Made by a program: the position numbers and the translations under genes. Of a stretch of DNA of 64,000 nucleotides, positions 29,635-43,000 are shown in pieces. The stretch is taken from the NCBI RefSeq assembly GCF_902652985.1, contig NC_047016.1, positions 17,732,001 through 17,796,000 of the forward strand, read 5' to 3'. The first letter of the stretch is position 1. The number at the start of each line of letters is the position of its first letter. This DNA is from Pecten maximus (lineage: Eukaryota). The notes under the pieces were generated by a model. That model searched no databases. It was given only the letters and a program-made list of their open reading frames with translations, and was not told the origin of the DNA.

Positions 29635-29852
29635 GGGGCCGCGGTGGCCGAGTGGTTAAAGTGTCCCGACGCTATAACACTAGCCCTCCACCTCTCGGTT
29701 GCGAGTTCGAAACCTACGTGGGGCAGTTGCCAGGTACTGACCGTAGGCCGGTGGTTTTTCTCCGGGTACTCCGGCTTTCCTCCACCTCCAAAACCTGGCA
29801 CGTCCTTAAATGACCCTGGCTGTTAATAGGACGTTAAACAAAAACAAACCAA
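29635..29852 (+). mobile_element. Full-length tRNA-derived SINE with a V-domain-like core
   Basis: Pol III A box tggccgagtgg, B box gagttcgaaacc, core ggtttttctccgggtactccggctttcctcc, A/C-rich tail, TSD atacgcaatt at 29625-29634 and 29853-29862. Confidence 0.92.
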
Positions 29853-31250
29853 ATACGCAATTGGGAAGAAAACCCAATTAACTTAATTTCTAGTTTCTTT
29901 CCGTCAAAAAATGCATTTCGTAAAAGGTCTCCATTTCCACCAGAGTCCAATACAATTGTTAAAAATAGTAAGCAAGGCTTGATTTACAAAATCTTCATTG
30001 TAATATTGAGACTGTCAATGCTGTATGCCTTCAGAAGCTTTATAGCACTTTTAAATTCATCCGTAGATAGATATCTCGGTCAAGCTCCAAAAATAGAGAT
30101 CTAGAGTCCATATCAACATGTAAATCAGTATTCTGCTGGTCATTATCAGAATGGGGTTTGTTCTTGCATTATAACGTGGATTGGTTTTCCGTAGGTGCTT
30201 CCTATATTGCCTTTGTTGAGAGGTACATGTACATGCATGTGTGTGCAGTCATTTTCAACTTTCTACATTGTTGTATATGCATATTTTTATTTAAGATATC
30301 TTGATTTTTAGTAATGTAAGTTTTTATTTCAGATATTTTTACTTTCTCTATATAAGACTTTTTATTATATATATTTAATCATTTCCATTTGAATATTAAC
30401 ATGCATTGTTCATTTAACATATTAATATGTATTTTATGTGTACAATATTAATAAATAAATATAGATTTCTTAGTGCTGAGATTGGTGAAATAAACTTTTC
30501 AAGTAATTAGTTAACAAAAACTATTCAGTGCTATGATGGAACTGTAAGTGGCATATATAAGTATATTTATGAACAAATTTTGTTATTACATAGATTTGTT
30601 GCTATTTTTCAAAACTATATATGTTCTATATTACTTAATTGCTCATTTTGTTGAATGCATACATGTGTGTTCTAAGAAAATGGGGGGAAAAACCCAAATA
30701 CAATTTTACTGTATGATTTGTAAAACACAGGTAAATCTCAGACAGCTTATATGAAGCAGTATATAATTACCCTCCCATTGTTTCCTGAAACAACACCTAC
30801 CTATTGTTAAAAAAAATGTTGGCGTTCAGAGAACACCCCTTACCGTCATCAGTTCGTTCTATAGTCATCAGTATATGTTTATATTGTAACACCCGACCTG
30901 TTTGGAAGAGGACCTTATTTCTGTTCACAATGTCATTTATTTATTTTTAAAATTAAACACATTAACAACTTGATTACTCCATCCGAAAGTTTGTGTGACA
31001 TTTGACCTTTCGATCTAAACCGACGGTCACACTTACCTACCTGACGCTGATATGTGTATTATCATGTTATTACGTAGATGATTATGATATATAATATATA
31101 ATGAGATGGGCGTTTTACTTCGGACAGACGAACGGACACATACACAAAAACAATTACTATATTACACCTCTACCACGAGTAATTGATGATTCCAAGATCC
31201 TTTTTACTCCAGATGAAACTAAATAATTTAGTTATTTTTACGATGTTGTA

Positions 31251-31949
31251 TATTTAAGAAATAATTAACGATGATTCGTGTATTGTTGCAGGATATACAA
31301 CGAGGACGAGGATATTTTGCAATTAAGTTAATAACGAAGGCCGCAGGCCTGAGTTATCAATTAAAATTGCAAAATATCCTCGTCCTCGTTGTATAACCTG
31401 CAACAATACACGAGTCAAAGTTGATTATTTCTATTCTACCATGTACTGTTTAGTTCTGAGATTAACTCTTCCTAATAGAAAACGGCAACGAAACCCCGGG
31501 AAATGTGTCGCTACATGGCTGTTACAATTCACAAGAAACGATAAGACGCGCGTGCTAATGAATATTCAAAAGCTGACGTCAATCCCATGCCGGTTGACGG
31601 CAACGTTACGAGAACTTTCGGAGATGTCGGCCAGCAATTCATGTAGAATCATGCTCTCCAAAGTTTGCCTGTGGAAATTGACCTTACAACATATTGTTTA
31701 GCAAAGTCTGCTCTGGGTGGATAGAAATTAACAATCTGGCAAATTTCTCCGTTGTAAAATACACGGTCTCCGACGTTCAAACGTTTTGGCGCCGCCATGT
31801 TTGTTTGCAAATGCACGATTTTGGAGGGGAAAGATTGTAACAGCCGTGACTCACGAGCGTGTATTATTGACACGAGAGTGTATTACTGGCAAATAATACA
31901 CGGTTTTAAACCAATGAAAACTGGCGTTGCATAGCAAACGTTTTAGAAT
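31251..31949. mobile_element. Hairpin-headed non-autonomous element with a 49-aa ORF remnant (Crypton-like, tentative)
   Basis: Palindrome 31257-31432 with an aggcc-GCA-ggcct apex; attcta (31433-31438) and tagaat (31944-31949) form a short inverted pair; - strand ORF 31798-31649 MAAPKRLNVGDRVFYNGEICQIV... Confidence 0.65.
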
Positions 31950-34096
31950 TTGTTTTATACTTGTAATAAACTGACCGAAATTAGATGACAACTCATGTTT
32001 TGTTAGAAATATACAATGTAACATCGTTAAAAGAAAAAATACATTTTACATGAAATCAAATTCCTTAACATGTAAATATGACTGTTATGGTGACAAAGAG
32101 ACTACTTCAATAGTGTTTCTATAATCAAGTTAGTAGCGTCGGTAATTACCGCAGCAGGACACTTTCCAGATAGACCAGGGTTTACCGACAGGTGTGATCC
32201 AGAAAGCCTGAACCATATTAAACGGTGTCAAGGGCCAATGCAGTGTCAATACCAACGGGTCAGTTTCTAGGGACCATTAAACCAATTAACCTATCATGGG
32301 ATATTTATTGTATCTCGTAAAACATTGACCATGTCATAATTAAATACAATTCGTCCATCATAACTGGAACAGTTCCCTTCAAACTGGACTGCTGAAAGTT
32401 CCCGACTCTGTCAATCAATAATTACCCACACTCATTTAGAAAATAACATTCAAACATTGAAAATACTTTTCATTTAACCGCCATTTAACCAAAAATATCA
32501 GTGTTGAATAAAATTTCCATTGTTCAGAAATAATGAACGAGAGAGGATGCGATATTAAGTTGTAATTAACTATTCTAAAATAATTCTATCTAATTACTTA
32601 TGAGAGAGTGCATGCACATGCAATGTAAGGAGGCGGTAACCGATATAGGGAGGAAGCAACTTCCTCATAGAGGGATGTTATGGACCCGTGTTATCAGACT
32701 GACCTCCAGCTGGACGATCCCTGCAGAATGTTATTCAAGGTAATGATCTCGGAGCGATGAGCAATGCGCCTTGTAGCCCTCTCAGTGTAGAGGACATATC
32801 ATTTTCGACACTATGCCCCATATTTGAGAGAGTCATGAGGACGCAACCTTTGATTTCGCTGAAAAGGATTCGGAATGATTTTCTATTATAAGAGTTTTTA
32901 TTACGTAATGCGTTTGATTTTACTTAAGTAAACACATAAGCTATATATTGAACTATTGCATGCCTGAAATAACTATTGCACGATCACGTGCGAACTATTG
33001 AACACCTGTGACGTTTCGGAATTTGGTCTCGTACAAACTATTGAAAACCAGTGATGTTTCGGAATTTAGTCCTGCCCTTTCAGTCGTCTTAGCCAATCAG
33101 ATGTCAACACTGCAAGATGACAGTCATGGGAGATTTTAGTGATTCTAAGTGTGTTATAGTGATTATGTGATAAACGGCCTTCAGCCTTGTGCAATAGAAC
33201 ATCGGTCGATTACCATTACCTCTTGAAGAATATTCTAGACTATTACATAGACACCCATGATATATTTGTATACTATTTAATACCAACACAGATGTGATAT
33301 GATAAAGCCCTTGATATAATATGGCCTCAGTAAAAATCAGTCCCAAAATAAGTCATCATTGCTTAGTATTTTTCAAATTAAATGTCCAAAGATAGTTCAA
33401 AATGGCGTTTATTACAGTTTATTCCTATTAAACAGTTACCACTGGCGCCATATTATATCAAAGGCTCACTTTAAAATTTTCCTCAACATTGATGAAGTCA
33501 TAACTATTTCCTTTCTGGACATAGTAACATGTACCGCACGAAACGGATATAGTCATGGAATATATCTAGAAACCCGATGCCTTAAAATTGCTATAGTATC
33601 CTGAAAAACCTCACAACGGAGATAACGATGGCATACTTATCACAAGATGTCACCAGAGTCTTCGGTTCAGCTTTCCTAAATTACGTAATATACAGGTGTC
33701 GGGCAATCAAATGCATGGGATGTGAACACTTATAATTACATATAGCAATTCATAGTAGCACCTACATCCCCGGTAATGCATTTATTCTACAGTAGATAAG
33801 TAAGTAGGCAAGTAACCTCTGTGTGTTTCACCTGTAGTATATGTATACATCAAGTCAGTTTATTTACCACCGCACGAGGACGGATACTTAGTCGTTAATA
33901 TGTAAATTAGGCGCGTGGTGAGTATCCCCAGATACACGTACATGTGTTGTGTACACTATCCTACAGTGAACAGGTGCCCAGGAACGTCACAAAGTTCAAA
34001 CCGGACTAAGAAGCTTTCAGACTCCGTCCGCTTGGAGGAAACAAAATTTTTGAGAACAGGAGGCATCACGTATGTGCTAAAACGTAAAAAAAAACC

Positions 34097-37000
34097 ATGT
34101 GGATTGAAATATTGGTGGTGATGTCAATGACATTGGGGAGACTGCAAGCACAGGCAGGTACCGAAGCGGATGGAATACAGTTTTTGGATGAATACAATAC
34201 AAAGGCTGGAATGGTTTATAACGAAAATGTCAAGGCAGCATGGAATTACTATACCAACATCACAGACGAAAATCTCGAGGCAATGGTGAGGCATTCATAT
34301 CATTTCTACAATATTTTCAAACATTTCGTTATCAATTCTATGTTCTGGTTCATCAAATAATTTTCTGTCGACCCTACTACTCTCATTAAGTGTCAGTTTG
34401 TATTACATAAGATTAATTACACTGCTCTTTTCTTATCAAGACGTATCTGTACATTTGTGCATCTCTTCTGCTGTAACCTCTGCGCCCTTGCCTATTAATA
34501 ACGGAATGTATAGATGTATGTTAGCCTGCTGGTGTCCATCTGATCAAGGCAGACAGAAACAGTGCCAGTAATACACATCAACCACCTATTTCTCTGTTGT
34601 ATTCCGTTAAATTCCAACACGACCCAGTTTATAATGTAACAATGCATGGCATCGGGCAAGTAAGTTATGCATCCTAAGAAACTAATAACACAAATATTTT
34701 GATAACATTATATAAACGTATTTTTACTGCGGATATGCCAATTTAGAAAATTTATCTATAGGAAAGAGAGATGCGTGTTCTGCAGGTGTTAAATGGTATG
34801 GTTATCTGATACTGCTGCCAACTCCTGCTCGAACTAGGACAATGACCAGAAAATACCGTTGTTATCGAAAATGTTTGATAAAAAACAGCCCTTGTTGGAC
34901 GTGGAGATATTTTAATCACCCATGCTGTGAGCAAATCATATCGAAAACACACCAACAAAAATTGAACATCAAAAACATTTAATACCAATAACATCAGTTT
35001 GATTAGAAATTAAAACTTATAGAATATGAATATATATACAATGTATATATTGATGCTGGAAATTATCAACAATCAAAATTAAAAAAAAACCCATATGAGC
35101 ATCACAAAATGAATTCGTAGACAAGTTTAAAATATAAATAATTAGATAATGACTAATCATCAGACATTGACCAATCTTTCAAATACCGACAAGTTTTAAA
35201 CAAAAGATTTGACAACCCGATGGAACAATAAAAACATAATTGAGTGACTTTAATTCACTAGATATCTACCATTTAGAACGTTTGGCGCGATATACATATT
35301 TCACATTTATGTGGTTAGGTCAAAATGATTATCCTCATTGTTGTCTATGTAATCACTGAATGGAACACTTATCATCTATGCATTATCTTTCATTCTATAA
35401 ATTCGCATCATGCATTCAAGAATTGTGATTAATCGTTTTATGTAAATGTATGGGAAACACTGCTACACAATGAATTGTAACTCCATATCACCCATGATTG
35501 CATCAAGGGTAAAATAAAAACGATGAAGAATGTAGAAGTATAAATCACACGTTTTTTTTTTTGCGAATAAGCAAGTGTAAATTGAATATAATTAAATGTT
35601 CTTTCCAATATTAACCCTATATATGATATAAGAAAACGTCGATATGGTTTAGTGGTGTATGCAGTAAGTATTTCTGACCAAGCTATAAGATGCTGTAATT
35701 TGTGCGGTCGAGGCCCGGTTAGTATATATATATATATTTCAAAAATTGATATCAAATTTCGAATATATTGCATGCAAATTACTGCACACCGTAATCAAAA
35801 CGATATTGAAGATAACACAAACCATTTTAATATATAACCCACGTGTTATCTTGTCAGCATGAAGATATGCTCAGATTGTGACGAGTGAACTAAGTCAACA
35901 ATTTTTTTTCATGCAAGATCAGGCTGATTTGTATTCTATTATTCTCTGCTGTTAAAAGACTGTGTGTGCCGACATAGTTTTAACCCTGACAGTTTATGTA
36001 TGAGCCCTTGATGAACTTATGGGATGAATTCATTACAGTCGTTAAGGCATTCCTTCCTAGGTTGTTTAATTTGACCACATGTACATATGCTCAAGATATC
36101 TTAAAAATTGATAGTGTATCGGTGTTATTCACGTGATGAATCGCACAATAATTATACTGCTTAAGTAATTCATCGTCACATTATCGTTAAAAATATGTCC
36201 TACGTTTACTTCCAATTTAAATATTAAGTGATGGTTTAGCGGCGAGTTGAATACTAATACGATAAAATAAATAACCAGTAACCAGTGGTCGCCAAGGTGT
36301 TCATTTCCTTCACATATAATCACAACGGCAACAGCGTTATCGCGGTAACCCTTTTTCACTTGTACTAGGACGCTGATGTTCGGTTAGAGGATAGTTTTGG
36401 ATTGTGAGGTTCATTAAGCAAAGTTTAAAGGAGACTTTCGGTTTTGTTTGGAATTTGGACAGGTGCAATGTTTTAGCAGGCTGCTTTTTGTAGCAGAACC
36501 TTATTGATATGGGTTGTTACCGATATGCTGAACCATATTATCATATTTACTGGGCCATTGTACACTAAATTATTTTGAAGGAGTGTTAGACAAATATTAA
36601 ACCATATGTCTTATACTTTTGGAAGAGAAATATGGTACCTGGAATTAGTTAATTGATAATATTTTTGATATATATTTTAACTCTCTTTGCTTATCTGGCT
36701 TTAAAAATGATAATAGGAATAGTATCTTTTATATCCTGTTTCTGTTTTCTTCATCAGTGTACTTTGAATATCCACTCGACATTTACATAAATCGTGTCAC
36801 CAACAGACGAGCTATGCTGTTCTCAAACGCGCTTTTTTTTTGTATGGTGAAAGGTGTCTACAGTTCACCTGCCGACAGTACGGTAGAATGTTGTCGATTT
36901 TTAGGGGAGGCGGTGTTTGGCGCAATTACTATTTTGTTAATCGAATTAACATTTCTTTTAAGAAAACAAATATCTTCCGCCTACTTGTTACACCTTATAT

Positions 37001-40000
37001 GAACAGTTTGCAATGGTTTTGTTACCTGCGCCCATTAATTTTACTGTAATATTGTGTTAAACATTGATAACATTTTACAATCCATCAATGTTTCATATTC
37101 GAATTAATTACAAGTAGATGATCAGTAGCTTTTAATATACATAATACAATGTATAATATTTCACTTATACAATTTATCTTATATTGGTGAATATATAATT
37201 ACAAATTGGCACTTCACCTTGTAAATGACATTAAAATGACAAATGATTGACACACTAGAGAAGCACAAGGGTTTCATGAATATTAATTACTAATTCTGTA
37301 TCTTTATTTACCTGTCTGTTAAAAGTCTGGAATAATCGCATTATGAACAAGGCGGATATATATGACGTTTTCCCAACACCGACATAAACATGATGCATTG
37401 AAAATTTAAGGGGTATGTCATGAGCAAATAATGTATCGCCGTGTCCAAGCGGTCAATATTGAATTTGTTATTTACGAAAGAAGCATATGTGAATAGAACA
37501 TTTAAATGTTAATTTAGTTATATTCATCCATTTAGCTAGCAACTAAACGGTAACTCATTTTCATTATTTTGAATATTTGTAACTTAGGAAGTATGCCATA
37601 TTTTCGCTGGACACGCATTATGAGAGAAAAGTAATCTCTATATAAGTGACTTAATGAGTGTCTTTTATTATCAAAATTCTGCCACAGACAAACATGAACT
37701 TTTATATATACCTTCCCTATCACTAACTCGCTCGGTCACTTACGCGCTCGGTCACTTACGCGCTCGGTCACTAACTCGCTCGGTCACTAGCTCGCTCGGT
37801 CACTAGCTCACTCGGTCACTCGCTCGGTCACTAGCTCACTCGGTCACTCGCTCGGTCACTAGCTCGCTCGGTCACTAGCTCACTCGGTCACTCGCTCGGT
37901 CACTAGCTCACTCGGTCACTCGCTCGGTCACTAGCTCGGTCGGTCACTCGCTCGGTCACTAGCTCGGTCGGTCACTCGGTCGGTCACTAGCTCGGTCGGT
38001 CACTCGGTCGGTCACTAGCTCGGTCGGTCACTCGCTCGGTCACTAGCTCGGTCACTCACTCACTCACTCGCTCGGTCACTCACTCGCTCGGTNNNNNNNN
38101 NNNNNNNNNNNNNNNNNNNNNNNNNNNNNNNNNNNNNNNNNNNNNNNNNNNNNNNNNNNNNNNNNNNNNNNNNNNNNNNNNNNNNNNNNNNNNNNNNNNN
38201 NNNNNNNNNNNNNNNNNNNNNNNNNNNNNNNNNNNNNNNNNNNNNNNNNNNNNNNNNNNNNNNNNNNNNNNNNNNNNNNNNNNNNNNNNNNNNNNNNNNN
38301 NNNNNNNNNNNNNNNNNNNNNNNNNNNNNNNNNNNNNNNNNNNNNNNNNNNNNNNNNNNNNNNNNNNNNNNNNNNNNNNNNNNNNNNNNNNNNNNNNNNN
38401 NNNNNNNNNNNNNNNNNNNNNNNNNNNNNNNNNNNNNNNNNNNNNNNNNNNNNNGATGTTTACATTCTAAACACACTGAACCGTCCCAGACGATTATTAC
38501 ACTCTATACACACTGAACTGTCCCATATTTTGTTTGCATTCTATGCACACTGGACCGTCCCAGAAGATATTTACACTCTATACACACTGAACCGTCCCGG
38601 ACGATGTTTACACACGATATACACTGAAACGTCACAGACGATGTTTATACTCTATGAACACTGAACCGTTCCAGACGATGTTTATACTCTATGAACACTG
38701 AACCGTTCCAGACGATTGTACTCCATACAACCTGTCTCCGCCAACACCGTCCGAAGAAGACACCATCCCAGGGAATTTCAGCGGTCCCCAAAGACGCTAT
38801 GAGAGAATTGTTCTTTTCAACTGTGTTCCAGAGGACGCTTGAAGGGAACTATTCCCTCAAACGCTGTCCTAATGGATGCTATGAGAGAACTATTTCTTCC
38901 AGCACTGTCCAAGATGGCACTACGATAGAACTATTCCCACCAACACCTTCTTATACTGGGCCCCGTTTTAATTTTTATTCCCAGTTAGTGATATCACCTA
39001 ATGACGAAGTTGTTTAAATTTTCATTTTTGTTGTTGAATAACATTATGACATAGAACGTTATGGACGGATCGAATTCAGAAGTACTACTATATGTTAGTG
39101 ACTCCGAATTCAGAAGTAAATATTAGAGACTACACGGTTCTGGTTTCTGCTGCCGCCCATTCTCCACTGTAACACTTATCATAGGATACTCAACTTACGC
39201 TGATTAATGTATTAAAAAGTATAATGCACCAGTATCGGTAACAGCATTTAAGAAGGACTTTATATGTTTCTCTGCACATGTAAATAATATCAAATACTAT
39301 ATTTCTGGTTTTATTTCACGTTCTATGTATTTAAACTCCATCTGGCTTTTTTATTAACTCATCTTTTTTAAAATGAGTTGCCAAAGGGCGATTTTGGCGC
39401 TGTTTAAGTTATGTTCTTAGATGAATTACTCATGTCCTGTTCGTGATAAAGCAGTAAGTTAAATGACACGAATGCTTTTATTTCGATGTGCATTATCCCG
39501 AAACTTAAAATTGGAGCTTTATTTGTAGACGGCATCTAATTTAGAATCTGCTGAATTTTCCAAAGATGTTGCGAGAAACATAAGCGCCAGATTTCCCAAC
39601 TGGAACACGTTCACCAGAGCAGACGTGAGAAGACAATTCAAGAAACTTGTTGACTTAGGGTTTTCAGCTATCAACGACACTGAGAAACTAAAATCGGTAA
39701 GTCTACCGTGTGAGTAAGGTTTTAGACAAACGGCATCCGCTTTGTGTGAAAAATGACGGGATGACATCAGTTGGAATCTCGGTTTAGCAGTGGTGATACT
39801 TAACATCGCCCAGTGTGTAATGTCAGTGTTATAAAAGCGTATAGGAGTGACTATGTCGTCAGCAATAGCGAGAGACAGTAATGCATAAATATGTCTGAAA
39901 TATACCAGGCATCATACCAAATAAACGAACCTTTTTGTGACCTTAATAAAATGTCTATAGCTATTTCTGGTCCATGATTTAAAAAGACATTTTAAGAAAC

Positions 40001-43000
40001 TTTGGACTTAATCATATTTTTGATTTTGTTATTTTGACATACCACAAAGAAAAAAAAAATAAGTGTTTAAATGTTGGTAGCTATATTTACGTAATTTGAA
40101 GTATTTCTATATTGACATTTAGATTAAAAACGGATATATAGAACTTTTTCGAAATGCTAACATCCAATCACCATATATTCTAATTTACTCTCAATGATAT
40201 ATATTTTAGGTACATGTAATATAATATAGCTAGATAATTAATGAGATACTTCTCCTCCAGATATCCACACTTGAAGCCGAGTTGACAGGTATATACAGCA
40301 CTGGCAAGGTGTGTCTTCCGGAGTTCGGGAAGGGTTGCCTGTCACTGGAACCAGGTAAGAGCTTCCCTGTAACGGGATATTTTGTAAAATTGTCAATTTT
40401 ATTGGTACATGTTTTTGTTTTTAGAAAAGTCGATACTCTCTGTATGCAATAATAGGATTCCAATGTAGTAATTATTGTCTTAAAATAACAGAATTAATCA
40501 AATATTTGACATGTAAACCAATAGAGTCACGGTCGAATACTGAATAACAACGTATCACTGATTTACGTCACCACTCTAGGACGATTTTACTGATGCTAGG
40601 CTGAAGAAAGTGAACAAATCTAAGTGTTATCTTCTTCTTCTGAGAAAGGAAACATCATACAAGTCATCGCAGACGTAAATACACAGACGTAAGACCTGAA
40701 GTCCCGGATGTACCACTTCCCTTCTGTATTGACATTAATATTAATATCCAGTAGAATAACCATAACAATAATAACCAATAGCGAAAACAACCAAACGTAC
40801 TTACGTTTAAACACCAATAGCGAAAACAACCAGACGTACTTACGTTTAAACACCAATAGCGAAAACCACCAAACGTACTTACCTTTAAACACCAATAGCG
40901 AAAACAACCAAACGTACTTACGTTTAAACACCAATAGCGAAAACAACCAAACGTACTTACCTTTAAACACCAATAGCGAAAACCACCAAACGTACTTACC
41001 TTTAAACACCAATAGCGAAAACAACCAAACGTACTTACGTTTAAACACCATTAGTGAAAACAACCAAACGTACTTACCTTTAAACACCAATAGCGAAAAC
41101 AACCAAACGTACTTACGTTTAAACACCATTAGTGAAAACAACCAAACGTACTTACGTTTAAACACCAATAGCGAAAACAACCAGACGTACTTACGTTTAA
41201 ACACCAATAGCGAAAACAACCAAACGTACATAGTTTAAACACCAATAGCGAAAGCAACCAAACGCACTTACGTTTAAACACCAATAGCGAAAACAACCAA
41301 ACGTACTTACCTTTAAACACCAATAGCGAAAACAACCAAACGTACTTACGTTTAAACACCATTAGTGAAAACAACCAAACGTACTTACGTTTAAACACCA
41401 ATAGCGAAAACAACCAGACGTACTTACGTTTAAACACCAATAGCGAAAACAACCAAACGTACATACGTTTAAACACCAATAGCGAAAGCAACCAAACGTA
41501 CTTACGTTTAAACACCAATAGCGAAAACAACCAAACGTACATACGTTTAAACACCAATAGCGAAAACAACCAAACGTACTTACGTTTAAACACCAATAGC
41601 GAAAACAACCAAACGTACTTACGTTTAAACACCAATAGCGAAAACAACCAAACGTACTTACGTTTAAACACCAATAGCGAAAACAACCAAACGTACTTAC
41701 CTTTAAACACCAATAGCGAAAACAACCAAACGTACTTACGTTTAAACACCAATAGCGAAAACAACCAAACGTACTTACCTTTAAACACCAATAGCGAAAA
41801 CAACCAAACGTACTTACGTTTAAACACCAATAGCGAAAACAACCAAACGTACTTACGTTTAAACACCAATAGCGAAAACAACCAAACGTACTTACCTTTA
41901 AACACCAATAGCGAAAACAACCAAACGTACTTACGTTTAAACACCAATAGCGAAAACAACCAAACGTACATACGTTTAAACACCAATAGCGAAAACAACC
42001 AAACGTACTTACGTTTAAACACCAATAGCGAAAACAACCAAACGTACTTACGTTTAAACACCAATAGCGAAAACAACCAAACGTACTTACGTTTAAACAC
42101 CAATAGCGAAAACAACCAAACGTACTTACGTTTAAACACCAATAGCGAAAACAACCAAACGTACATACGTTTAAACACCAATAGCGAAAACAACCAAACG
42201 TACTTACGTTTAAACACCAATAGCGAAAACAACCAAACGTACTTACGTTTAAACACCAATAGCGAAAACAACCAAACGTACTTACGTTTAAACACCAATA
42301 GCGAAAACAACCAAACGTACTTACGTTTAAACACCAATAGCGAAAACAACCAAACGTACTTACGTTTAAACACCAATAGCGAAAACAACCAAACGTACTT
42401 ACGTTTAAACACCAATAGCGAAAACAACCAAACGTACTTACGTTTAAACACCAATAGCGAAAACAACCAAACGTACTTACGTTTAAACACCAATAGCGAA
42501 AACAACCAAACGTACTTACGTTTAAACACCAATAGCGAAAACAACCAAACGTACTTACGTTTAAACACCAATAGCGAAAACAACCAAACGTACTTACGTT
42601 TAAACACCAATAGCGAAAACAACCAAACGTACTTACGTTTAAACACCAATAGCGAAAACAACCAAACGTACTTACGTTTAAACACCAATAGCGAAAACAA
42701 CCAAACGTACATACGTTTAAACACCAATAGCGAAAACAACCAAACGTACTTACGTTTAAACACCAATAGCGAAAACAACCAAACGTACATACGTTTAAAC
42801 ACCAATAGCGAAAACAACCAAACGTACTTACGTTTAAACACCAATAGCGAACACAACCAAACGTACTTACGTTTAAACACCAGTAGCGAAATCAACCAAA
42901 CGTACTTACGTTTAAACACCAATAGCGAAAACAACCAAACGTACTTACGTTTAAACACCAATAGCGAAAACAACCAAACGTACTTACGTTTAAACACCAA

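Noticed and set aside
29595-29826. Short ORFs and a tRNA-like sequence
   Set aside because: SINE body; has A/B boxes but no complete tRNA cloverleaf.
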